NCBI RefSeq assembly: GCF_021028975.2 | Contig: NC_059440.1 | Span: forward strand, 22,506,001-22,570,000 | DNA: 64,000 nt | Direction: 5' to 3' | Source: Sphaerodactylus townsendi | Lineage: Eukaryota | Part shown: positions 11,876 through 23,735 of the stretch, piece after piece | Position numbering within the stretch: position 1 is the stretch's first letter | How the letters are laid out: the number at the start of each line of letters is the position of its first letter | Notes under the pieces: model-generated | What the model saw: the letters and a program-made list of their open reading frames with translations, nothing else | Told to the model about the DNA's origin: nothing | Database searches by the model: none | Made by a program: the position numbers and the translations under genes

Positions 11876-12799
11876 ATTTAAAGAAGGTACAGCAATTTCA
11901 TTTACGCAGACTGTTTCAGTTGGGAGAAAAGACTAAAGTTTAGTTCCAACAGCTTAAAAGGTGGGTTTGGAGGGGAAAAGACTGCATATGTTAAGAAAAC
12001 TCAAAAGGCTCAGCTGGATCAGCCCCAAAGTGTATCTAGCAAAAAATCATCTTTCTCACAATGGCAAATCAGATACTTTCCTGGAAGCCCCAATAAGTGT
12101 ACCCGAAATCCACAGTTTCCATTCGTTGCTCACCAGTGATTGCTGCTAGCTAGGGAGGCAGTTTTGGGCTTTGGTACCGTGCTTGCTTCAAATGCAGAAG
12201 GCTGAATCCCTGGCTAGCTCAGTTGTAGATATCAGGTGCTGTGTGTGTGGTGTTTTGCCATAAAAGCAAGGCAAGGCTGTGATGGAGGGTTAGGCTAAGA
12301 CGGGCGTCAAACAGGTAGCCTAGGGGTCGGATCGACTGACTGAGAAGGTTAATCAGGATTACAAGCCATATGAAACTAACCCATATTCCCAGCCTGGCAA
12401 ACTTGGTGAGGCAGCTCCCACAACCCGCGCCACCTCCCCCAGTGCTGATCTGCAATGGCAAACCTTCCAGGGGCTCACCAGCCAAGGCAGCCTCTCCCAC
12501 ACCTGGCGCAACCAAGTCGCATTAATGTCATATCCGGTCATTATTGACACCCCCGGGTTAGTAGACTGCTGTTAACCCAAATAGCATGGACAGGAGACAC
12601 AAATGCGTATACAATATAACCAATTAATCCAGGAACTACTTGATTCAGACTGTCGCTTGCTCATAAGTCTGGTCGAACGAAAGAGACCCATCTGCTCGCT
12701 TCGATCAGGAGCGGAGTCACTATCAAGCCCCGGTCAAACGTGCTGAACTCGAGCCATCTTTGTCTGCCGGCGAGACCTATGACAATTAATGGCCTTAGG

Positions 12800-14200
12800 T
12801 GAATTCACACGGTAGCCAGCCCAGTTCCCGGAAGGGAGGGGCGCTTTGGGGGCCAGAACCGGGATAGCTTGGGGAAGTCCCCGGCGTGGCCTGGCTTGGC
12901 CTCCTTCGGCCGCGTGGTCCCCATCTATGGGCAGAGGAAAGGGCATTTCCGGGCGGTGTCTTCCCTGAGGGGCGGGGACAATGCGGGCTCTCGGCCAATC
13001 ACGGTTCAAGCTCCAGAAGCGCCAGGCAAGCGATGAAAGTGAAGCCTTTAGGGGAAAAAGAAAGGTGGGGACAGAGGGAGGGGGAAACGGGAAACTGACC
13101 AATAGCGTCGCAAGGATTTGGACGGGCAAGAATGGCAACCCAACCGGGCACTGCAGAACGTCGCGGCGCGCGGCACAGAGCCAATGGGGGTGCACCGCGC
13201 GTGACAGGCAGACCCCGCCAGCCAATGATCGCGACGGGGTGGGAGGGGCGTGCGGGGTGGCTAGCCAGTGCGCGCCGCCATTGTGGCCAGTTCGATCGGT
13301 ATCGGGAGCGGAGAGCGGAGCCCAGCGAGCCCGGAGTAAGGGAGCAGCCCCCCCCGCCAACGGCCGGCCCCCGAGTCACCATCAACACCGCGCGGGAGGC
13401 GGCGGCGCTGCTGCTGCTGCTGTGAGCCAGTCACCACCACCGTCCACCGGCAGCCACCGTCGCCATGAGCAGCGAGGCCGAGACCCAGGCGCCCCCCGCC
13501 GCCGCCGCCCCACTACCCGCCGCGGTGGCCACAGCGGCCGCGGCCCCCCTGCCAGCGGCCGCGGCCCCCGCCGTCCCAGACGCCAAGCCCAGTAACGGCA
13601 CCGGCGGAGGAGGCGGCGGTGGCGGCAACGGCACCAACGGCGGCCTGGGCTCGGCGGCGCCCCCCGCCGGCGGGGACAAGAAGGTCATCGGTGAGGGGGA
13701 GAAAAAAATGAGGCACGACGGGCGGGGGGAAGAGCAGGGGGCGGGGCGTCCTCTTGGCTGGGGGCTGAGTGGCTGGCGGGTCGCGCGGGCGCCTCCCCCT
13801 GTCTCGCGCGCCTGGTGGTCACTGTGCGCGCGCACTTTTCCTTCCCTCCTTTCCTCCCCTCACTCCCTTACTGCCCGCTGATTGGCTGGCTGAAGTGCGC
13901 GCGGCTCTTTTCCCTGGCCGTGGTCGCCTTTTAATCTCCCCCCACTCATGGCAGGCCTGAGCGCGTGCCCCGGCGGTTGAGACGGCTGTCTCTCTCTGCG
14001 CCTGCGCGGCCCCGCTGTCGCAAAAAAAGGGAGGGGGAAAAACGCTGTGTGGGAGGGGGTGTGGCCGATGTGGCGGCTCAAGATGTCGGCCCCACAATGG
14101 GAGCCTTAAGGCAAAGGTTTATTTCCTTTTGGGGGCGGGGGGAAGTGTTAGTAGTGGCGCCTTTTGCAGAGTGCTGTACAGGTAACACGTGCTTTTCAGG
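12800..14200 (+). promoter_or_regulatory. CpG island and promoter of YBX1, with several CCAAT boxes (~12995, 13099, 13181, 13222), GC boxes, and a Y-box-like CTGATTGG in intron 1 (~13878)
   Basis: Very high GC and CpG density. The 5'UTR segment agttcgatcggtatcgggagcggagagcgga (~13289) resembles the mammalian YBX1 leader as I recall it. Confidence 0.88.
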
Positions 14201-17200
14201 AATGAGAGGGAAGCCTGCCCCCGCCTTTTCCTCCTTTCTTGGAAGTCCCACTAAAAGCGTCTCCTTGTTCTACAAGATCTGGGTGCTATTTTCCAGGCTG
14301 AGCCCTCTGGGAGGCTATTGCTTTTAAAATGGGCACAACAGTAAATAAGGCAGAAAAGCAATATTTACATTAAAGGGAGTGATTCTGGTGCTGTGCCAGA
14401 GAAGGCCCTGCCTCTGGATGCAGAATGAGTAAAACATATGGGAAGTTTTAAGGGTCTCCTTTAATGGTGAGTTATGGGAATGAACCATGCCTGGTTTTAA
14501 TTTTTAAAAATTTTCCTGACTGATTGGTAATCCCACAATCTCCGCCTTTGTTTGCTTAGTTAATCAGGATCTATGAAGCCCACTGGAATCAGTGATGCCT
14601 GCAGCCTTGCATGCTACAGCTTTAAGTAAAACCCTTAGTCCCAAATTTATGCATGTGCATTTGGAATTTAAGTCCAGCTGAATCCAGTAGAACTTACACC
14701 TAAGTATGCATATGTCATCTCAAAAAAGATATAAGATTTCTCTCTGCATTCTCTTACCTTTGGTCCTGTGCCCTATGAGGTATTGTAAGCCTGTAAAAAT
14801 GTGGCATATTTATTATGCTACATATTGTGGCCCTGGGATTGTAGCATTTGCCTGTACATGGAATATTTCAAGACTAGGTCATCTCCCCAACCATGGTAAC
14901 GGAAATAGTATTACCGGCCTACCTGACATGCTTGTTGCATTACAGCTTTCCCAATAATCTTGTTAGGTAAGCCAATAATACTGTTTCCGGGTTTCAGGGG
15001 TAGGGAACAGGATCCTGAAAGAATATAACTTGGCTAGGAACTCACAGTGAGTATCTGGAGTATCTGCTTACTCCTAGCCACTGCACCCTCTTTGATTTGC
15101 AGAACTAATCATTATAGACTAGATGTGGCATTTCAGGTCCATTGGAATAGTGTTCTCCACTACCCTTGCCCAGCTAAGAGAAGAGCTTGTCTAAAACCGC
15201 CTAATAAACTGAGGCTACAAACTTGCTTATTCTGTGTGAACTGACTCTGAGTGTTGGAAGCAATGTGGAAGTTCACCTTTGCTCTCTCAGGGAAGTTGCT
15301 ACTTGATGTTGCAATCTTGCAGCTTCAGGTATAAAAACTAGCTCCTCCCAGGGCAGTGGAGGAACCACATAGTGATTCCTCACTAGCTTGTGCACATCTT
15401 AATCTGCCTTATTTTTTTTTCTTTTGTAGCAACGAAGGTTTTGGGGACAGTGAAATGGTTCAACGTAAGGAACGGCTATGGCTTCATCAACCGGTGAGAA
15501 GGATTCTTCGCTTTTGTTTTGTATCTTTTTAAAAGACTGATTGAATAAGTGGAATTAAGGTCCTTAGGTGGCCTTTTGGCCCAGTGCCTGTCTGCTAGCA
15601 CAATATCTTCCTCGCTCACTTTTGTTTTGCCTTTTTTTCTGCATATCTCAGTGAAGCTGGACTCTGTTATTGATAAGCTTTTCACATAATCCACCTTGGC
15701 AGTTATTGATTACCAAACAAGACTTGGGCACTGGAGATGATGTAGAATTTGGCAGGTGTTAGCTCTGGGTGAACAGGTATCTAAATAAATAAGAAAACAA
15801 TCCAGGCAGCAGTTCTTCTGAAAGGGCCTGCCAGTTGACTGTGACTCAAGAGAGCCACAGTATTGGAGGAGCTGGGCTTAGGAGATGCTCCCTTTTGATT
15901 TTTACCTTGGTTTTCTAAGGTAGTTGTGTGCAGTTCAGTTGTTGGCACACTGCAGTGCCAAGGCAAAAAAAATAAAAGAAGAAATCCAGAGGTCTGGCAG
16001 GCAGATGGAGGGAACATCTGCTGCAAAGGATAACAGCAACTTGTTGCTGGCTTTTGAACTGCAGGCATAGATGGTCAGACTAAACACAATCCACTAGTGG
16101 GTAGAGGATTACCGGGCTTTCAAAGCATGCATACCAATTCATAGCAGTTTTTCATTTAAAAAAATGAAAACAGATATAGTAAATGTACCGGAATAGTTAT
16201 CAAGGAAAGTAGCAGTTTAAAACAAAACCAAAATATTCACCAGCCCACAGGGTGAAAAAGGTGCTCACGGTGACAGCTAGGTGGTTAGCCGTGGTTGTTT
16301 TTCAAAGGATGTGCAAATGCACATTGTTAATTAGATTACAGGCCATTAGGCCTTACCTCGTGAGATGCCACAGGGACTCTCGGTTTCTTTAATCTTTTAA
16401 GACTCACCAGATGAGAAACGTGCAGCCAGTGAAAATACAATCACGGGAGCCTCAGTCATTCCTGTCTCACTCATCTTCGATGATGGCTTGTGTCCAGTGC
16501 GGTGTTTGCAGGTCCTTACATACCTGTTTGCCTTGGGACATTGACATGTCTTGTGTGAATCCATATACTGCTTTCATTTGACCCCAGTTGTTATTGTGTG
16601 CAAAGTCAGTGCGGCCTTTGAAAAGGTGCTGCTTCCCCTTCATGAGCACAACTCCCTTTCTGAAGGCAGTATGTTCTTGTACTGCTACTAGCCATGGAGA
16701 CTATTGAACAGTAGTAATAAAATCATCTGTGATTTTGCTCTTCTTGGCTTCTGTTACCAAGTCTTGCTGATTTGATCTCAAGCCAAGCAATTGAGGAAGG
16801 TTTTGCTGGACAGTAATGATTTGAACTAGAAACGTCAGCAAGCAGGGCCCTTTAGGGACATGCCTTGAATTTGTCACGGAGTGCCAATAGGTGACTTGAG
16901 TGGTGTGATGAAGAACGACCCACAGAATCTTAAAGAAGCAATAGGTAAAAGTGGAGGTTCAGATCACCTGGGTCATTGAGTTTCATTTGAATGTTGCTTT
17001 CTTAAATGTTTGTGATGCCATATAAAATATCATACCTTTCACAAGGTTATGGCACATTATTATTTTGAAAAACTGCTGTACTGTAGCCCTTCCCAAGTGT
17101 GGCTGTAAACTGCTTATCTGGTGTTGCAATACACTGAGCAGTAAGAGCTTTTATTGGAAGTTTGGTGTGTCTGTGTGCATACTCTTGCCACTCTCCACCT

Positions 17201-20200
17201 GTTTCTACCTGCAAACATCTAGCCCATGTTAAGGATTGTAATTAATACAGCATAGGAAAGGTTGGTGAGTATACGTGGTGCTTCGAGACCCACCCGTACC
17301 ACCTGACTACATTTGGTTCTGTTTTTAAATGGTCCCTACTTTGCCGTGAAAATGATCTTAGTAGAAAGTATGATTTATGTGTGGGGTTTAAATGTTAGAT
17401 GTGAGATCAAATATTAATGAAAGTGTTTCTGCAGGGAAGAATTGTCATGAGTCCAAAAAGCATTTTGACTCTTGGGTTGAGATTCCTTGATGATTGTATG
17501 CAGAACTGCAGTTTTCAAGAAGAAATATGAGACTTCCAAGCTTACACACTACATGTATTTTTAGCCCAATAAAGTTATGGGCGTGGACGGGAGGAGGGAT
17601 GTGATACATGAGTTGGTCCTTGGCAGTACCCCAAAGCCACAGCCTGGCCTCTGTCCAAAACTTAACACCACTCCTTGCTGGAGAATGCTGTTTTGTGTGC
17701 GTGTGCGTGTGTCATATTTTCTGAACTGAGAATGTTTTCTTTTGCTGCAGGAATGACACCAAGGAAGATGTGTTTGTCCACCAGGTAAGGCCATGTTGCT
17801 TGCTAGATATACCAGATTCTGGTGAACCAAGACAGTGTGGTGCTTTGGCTGAAGGGACTGCACATCACTTGGTTCAACTGTTGGAATACTTATATTCTCA
17901 GTCCATATGCACTTGAGGGACCCTGGTCTGTATCCCTTGCCTCCTGGTTCATTGTGCCTGTGGGCCTCACAAATGATAGCCTCTGGTCCACTTTTTTGAC
18001 GTTCGCACATAACTGATTTCACATCTGTGCTGGTTTAAAAAGGCAAAATGAAGCTGTTTGGCAGAAAGGTATATACATGGGGGGGGAGTTGTAATAACTT
18101 GCCATTTGAATAAGTTACATGGAAGGCAGCTTTGTATTGCTTGAGTGAGTTTCCTTGGTCTGCTGCTTGTTCCTATGCAGTGGTGTCTGTCATGCAGCTG
18201 ACCTAATTCCCATTTTGAAATTAGCAACATTACTCATTCCCAGACTAGCCTTCCTGTAACTGACATTCTGCCACCAGCCTGTCATAAGATTCCTGAAGAT
18301 TTTTACCCCTGGGAGATGGTTATAAGCCCCACAAGAAGAGCACGTGTTTCTGTCTGTGGCACTCTTCTAGTGTTTCTGGAAACTTAGAGGGTTAAGTCTG
18401 CAGCTAGGGTTAGTGACGCTTGTCCAGGGGCAGGGTACCAGAGCGACACTGTCAGCACCATATAACTTTGCTCTGAGTGCAGCTGTTACTATTGACACTG
18501 AAAAGTGTTTCGTAAGCAAACTGTGAAGGTCAGTTTAATGTGCGTGGTTTAATGGCTGGCTGAAAATACAGGCTTGGGTAGCAGAACTTTGCTCCGTGGG
18601 TCAGAGTAGCTAACATAGCACCTGTATCAACAGTTGCTAAAATGATTTTCCTGTATTATGTAGATTTAGGGTGAACAGCACTAGAAAATTCCTGTTTTTT
18701 AATGTCTCTGGAACACAGCCTGTAGGGCTAGAGGGGAATAAAAAACGATGTCATCCTTAAGCACCTGCTTCCAATACAATCCAGCTGTTTCAGATGGCTG
18801 TCTGTGAGCCATTAAGCAGTCAAAATATCTCCCAGGGTTGCAGCCTAGAAGATGAACATTTTATCCCTATTTACATTTTAGCCTGCCAGTACTTTTGCCC
18901 CCATCCTGCTCCCTTCTCCACTTTTGGTTGGTACTTCCCTAGTCTAGAAAATGGTCTTTATGCTTGTTAAATCTTGGCTACTTTCATTTAAAAAATCTAA
19001 ATCTGACCTGTTTTGCTATCAGACTGCTATAAAGAAGAATAACCCCAGGAAATACCTTCGCAGCGTGGGAGATGGAGAGACTGTGGAGTTCGATGTGGTT
19101 GAAGGAGAAAAGGTGAGCTTGCAATCCTAAGCGTAAATATCACCCACGTTCCTGTTTGAGTTTCGGTTTCTGTCTGAGCCAGGCAGTGGATGCAGCTAGA
19201 ACAGTCAGCTGTATTTCTTTTAAGGTACAGAATAACAAGAGATAAATGAGAAAAAAAGACCAAAACGAAGTAAAATAAAATAGAGGGAGAATGCTTCAGG
19301 ACAGAGCACAGCCTCATGGCATCCACTGGTTCAGAAGATTGGTTACAGACTGTGGGTGTTTTGGTGCCTGTGTTTGCTGACTCTCGTTCACAGCGTTTTG
19401 TGATGACTATTTCCAGGGAGCGGAGGCAGCCAATGTTACAGGCCCTGGTGGAGTTCCAGTCCAAGGCAGTAAATACGCGGCAGACCGTAACCAGTACAGA
19501 CGATATCCACGGCGTAGAGGTCCTCCACGCAACTACCAGCAAAATTACCAAAACAGTGACAGTGGAGAAAAGAATGAGGGGTCAGAGAGCTTGCCAGAGG
19601 GCCAGTCCCAACAGCGGCGCCCCTACCGCAGGAGGCGGTATCCACCTTACTACATGCGTCGGCCCTATGGCCGTCGACCACAGTATTCCAATGCTCCTGT
19701 GCAAGGAGAGATAGTGGAGGTAATTTTGCAGGAAATAATTATTTGCCTTTGTTGCATTAAATGTTCTTTACTAGAAGAGACACAGTATGCCTGCTATTAC
19801 CATGTGTTCGGTTTTTACCTACATAAACTCAGATCCCTGAATTACTGGACATACCTGCTTTGGCAATATTCTTTTATAGGGAAATAGGTATTCTTGATTT
19901 TTCGTAGTATTTTCCATGCGGACAGGCCATTAAAAAAAAAAAATCTGCGAAAATTGCACAGATTGCTGTGCTCATTTATGAGTAGCAAAGTTATTTTTTT
20001 CTGCTTGAGCATCCTGACCCCACCCCTTTTAGGCCAAACGATAGTGCTTCAGTTCCATGAAGTAAATTTAAGTTAGAATTAACTCTTTTATGTTTAACAA
20101 GCATAGGTCACAATGAAAGTAGAATGTGTGTGTAATTGGCCATTAAGTTGGGATTTTAAAAAAGCACCTTGCCTCTTCTGTCTTTTAGGGTGCTGACAAC

Positions 20201-20600
20201 CAGGGTGCCGGAGAACAAGGCAGGCCTGGCAGACAGAACATGTATCGGGGTTACAGACCACGCTTTCGCAGGTGAGCTCCCACAGAAACACGTCCGGCGC
20301 TGAATTGCTTTACGCTAGAACCTTGAGACTGAGGTAGATGCTTAAAGGTTTGCTGGACTTTTCAGGGGTCCTCCTCGCCAACGACAGCCCAGGGAGGAAG
20401 GCAACGAAGAAGACAAAGAGAACCAGGGGGATGAGGCCCAGGGTCAGCAGCCACCTCAACGTCGGTACCGTCGTAACTTCAATTACCGACGCAGACGCCC
20501 AGAAAACCCTAAACCACAAGATGGCAAAGAGACAAAGGCAGCCGAACCATCAGCTGAGAACACGTCCGCTCCCGAGGCCGAGCAGGGCGGGGCTGAGTAA
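13465..20600 (+). CDS. YBX1: Y-box binding protein 1, 344 aa; coding exons 13465-13690, 15430-15493, 17751-17784, 19023-19112, 19417-19719, 20189-20271, 20366-20600
   Basis: Starts MSSEAETQ. Cold-shock domain [77 protein letters not shown]; ends PEAEQGGAE*. All introns GT-AG, frame intact (1035 nt). Confidence 0.99.
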
Positions 20601-21897
20601 ACACCGGCTTACCATCTCTACCATCATCCGGGTGAGTAGTGTATCCAGAGAGGGTGATGGACCCCCTGCTAAAGTGCACTTGGGTATGTTGCGCTTGTAC
20701 GTCTCAGCATCGAGAATATGTTAGCTGGCCTTTCAAATCCTGATCAAATCATAATGGGAGCTGTAATTACTTTGGGGTGGGGTGGAGGGAAGGCTCTATC
20801 CATGTTTGAATCAAGATTGAAAACAGAAGGTTGCATGGGGTCAGGCATTCAGCTCTCCTGGTTTAATCACCCTTGTCTTTTCACATCTAGAAATTGTATG
20901 TTCCTCTCTAGACCTTTGTTGATGATCCTGGAAAGGCTATGAAATCCCTGGAATCATATGCCAAGAAAAAAAGCTTACAACTGAGATATAATTGTTTGTT
21001 CAGAATACGCAATAAGCTTGGCTCTCTTTGGTCTGGGGGCTTTGTTGATGAGCCCAGAAAGGCTATAAAATCCTTGGAGTGCATATGCCAAGAGATAACT
21101 CTTATAACTGAAATGTTATTGTTGGTTCAGAATAGGCAAGAAGCTCGGCTCTCTTTGGTCTGGAGGCTTTTGATTCTAACTTCCTAGGGAACATACAAGC
21201 CAGGATATGGGATGTGAGGGAATACTGACCAAACGTCAAGGATGCAGTCTGCTAAAATAAGATGTCTGCACAAGCTCTGTGAATTGCTTAATGGCTTGGT
21301 GGAAGGCATTTTTAGATTACTTTGGAAGCATGCATCTTTGGACATTGGTCTCACTGATTTCAGTAGGATTTCCTTGAGGCAAGTGTGATGATGGTTCACC
21401 CATACATGACATAACTGGTACTGGGGCGGTCTAAACCATAGATGGCACTGGATTTAATGTCTGCATCCTTAGGAGTATTCCTTATTGAGCTGCTAAAATA
21501 GACGCTCAAGTAGCTCTTAATATGGTAAGACTAAGACTTTCTGGGGTACAACACTGAGGTGGAGGCTCAGAGTGATTGAAAGCTCTGCTGTGCTGAAAAG
21601 TTCCTTTCCCATAGATGTTTAGCTCCTCAAGGGCAAAGACTAAACAAGTACCGTGATCTACTTTCTATGTGCAGAGAATTCATACAGGGGAACAATCACA
21701 TGAGTCCCTACTTCCAATCTAAAATTTCTTCATTGGCTATTTGGGAGAACTAAATTGCATTCCTGAAGATGCTGCAGTGCTTGAGGGGAGGGATGCAAGA
21801 TAATTTCCAGAGGAAAATCAGTTCTGCCGCTGGCTTCAGGGGGAGGTGGGGTCACTCCCCGTATGGTTAATGACCTCTTTTTGTCTTTCTTTTTCAG

Positions 21898-22275
21898 TTT
21901 AGTCATCAAAAGAAGAGAGAATATGAAATGAAGAGAATATGAAATTCCAGCAATAAGAAATGAACAGAAGAATTGGAACTGAAGACCTTAAGTGCTTGCT
22001 TTTTGCTGTTGACCAGATAACTCGAACTATCTGCATTATCTATGCAGCATGGGATTTTTATTATTTTTACCTAAAGCAGTCTCCTTTTGGGAGCGACAAA
22101 CATGTTTTTTAAAGGCCTGTTTTTTCTCAATACACCTTTAAAGGTTTTTAAATTGTTTCATATCTGGTCAAGTTGGGATTTTTAAGAACCTCATTTTTAA
22201 TTTGTATGAAATATACACCTGATTTTTTCAAGTCAAACTGCAAGCATCTCTTAATAAAGGTCTTAAGAATTGCCT
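21898..22275 (+). other. YBX1: YBX1 terminal 3'UTR exon; polyA signal AATAAA at 22253-22258
   Basis: Donor at 20631/20632 (31 nt after the stop) and acceptor ttttcag| at 21897. The sequence closely resembles the conserved vertebrate YBX1 3'UTR. Confidence 0.9.
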
Positions 22276-22779
22276 GGGGTGCTTTTTTATTCCAATTCTG
22301 CCCCCCCCCCCCCCCCCCGGTTTTGTAGCCTATCCCATAAGCTCAGTGGAGGGGGAGAGAGCTTGTCTCCTAAGTATTTCTAGCTAGAAGCAGAGAAGTT
22401 AATGGAGGCTTTGAATGTGCTGAAGTTAGCTTGAGAATGGAACCATCCAATATTACTGCAAAAATTGATCAGATGAGGGGCAGGAGGGAGAAGAGGCTGA
22501 AAATCATTGGGGCTGGCTTCCCTTGCCCGCCACGCAAAACAGGGACCGTTAGGATCCTGTGTATTTTGCACATCAGTTGACCTTTCTTTTTCACTGCAAC
22601 TTAGTTGGGTCCGTTTCAAGGAAAATGTATTAACGTGACCGCATTCAAGTGAGGACTTGAAAACAATTGCCGCGCATCAAAAAAGATGTTGAAAGAATAG
22701 CTGGGCCTTTGACATTTGAACCTCACCTCTTCCAAAGCAGTTTTTAAGCATCCAAACCAAGGGGCATACATTAAAAATG

Positions 22780-23142
22780 CGGGGGGGGGGGGGGGAGAAT
22801 TAGGACTAATAAAAGGAAATACTTCTTCACACAACGTGTGATTGGTGTTTGGAATATGCTGCCACAGGAGGTGGTGATGGCCACTCACCTAGATAGCTTT
22901 AAAAGGGGCTTGGATAGATTTATGGAGAAGTTGATTTATGGCTACCAATCTGGATCCTCTTTGATATGAGATTGCAAATGCCTTAGCAGACCAGGTGCTC
23001 GGGAGCAGCAGCAGCAGAAGACCATTGCTTTCACATCCTGCATGTGAGCTCCCAAAGGCACCTGGTGGGCCACTGCGAATAGCTGAGAGCTGGACTAGAT
23101 GGACTCTGGTCTGATCTAGCTGGCTTGTTCTTGTGTTCTTGA
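22780..23142 (+). mobile_element. CR1-clade LINE 3' fragment (same family as 41791-42453)
   Basis: Near-identical to the reverse complement of 41800-42160. Confidence 0.85.
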
Positions 23143-23574
23143 AGGGCTTTGGTTGAGTGTGGGAAGGCATTTGAACATGAGCTAGCTTCTCCCGGCTGCT
23201 GTGAGGGGGTGCCCTACATGGGGAAACGGGCAACATCCTCCTTGCCAAAGTCAAGCTTTTCTGTTTGGCATGCTCCTGTCCCACAGGAGCCTCTTCGTTC
23301 CTCACATGTGGTTGAGTCACTGGTTTATATATAATGGCATTATCAACCAATGCATGGGTGATAAGTTGGAGCGCTCTACAGTGTTGCCTGTAGCGCCTCC
23401 CATTTGAAAAGCCTAAGATGAGTTCCTGGAAACATCACTAGAAAGTTTGGTGCTGACACTTAGGAGTTTGCCCTTCTAGACAAGGCTAATATTTCATTCA
23501 GGAGAGCAGGTGTTGAGGAGCAGTTACGCCCCCCCCCCCCCCGAAGCTTGGTGTGTGGGGGTGTTAATCTGAGC

Positions 23575-23735
23575 TACTGGAATGCACTCCCTCAGAGTGT
23601 GGTGGAGAATCCTTTGGAGGTTTTAAAAACAGGCTGGATGGTCCTCTGTCAGGAGTGCTTTGATTACGTGTACCTGCATTGCAGGGGGTTGGACTTGATG
23701 GCCCTTGGGGTCTTTTCCAACTCTATGATTCTATT
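23575..23735 (+). mobile_element. CR1 LINE 3' end
   Basis: Encodes WNALPQSVVE... and ends with tail ttccaactctatgattcta. Confidence 0.8.

Noticed and set aside
12734-14327. Several long overlapping ORFs (up to 208 aa) around the YBX1 start
   Set aside because: They are by-products of stop-poor GC-rich CpG-island sequence; only 13465-13690 is a real coding exon.
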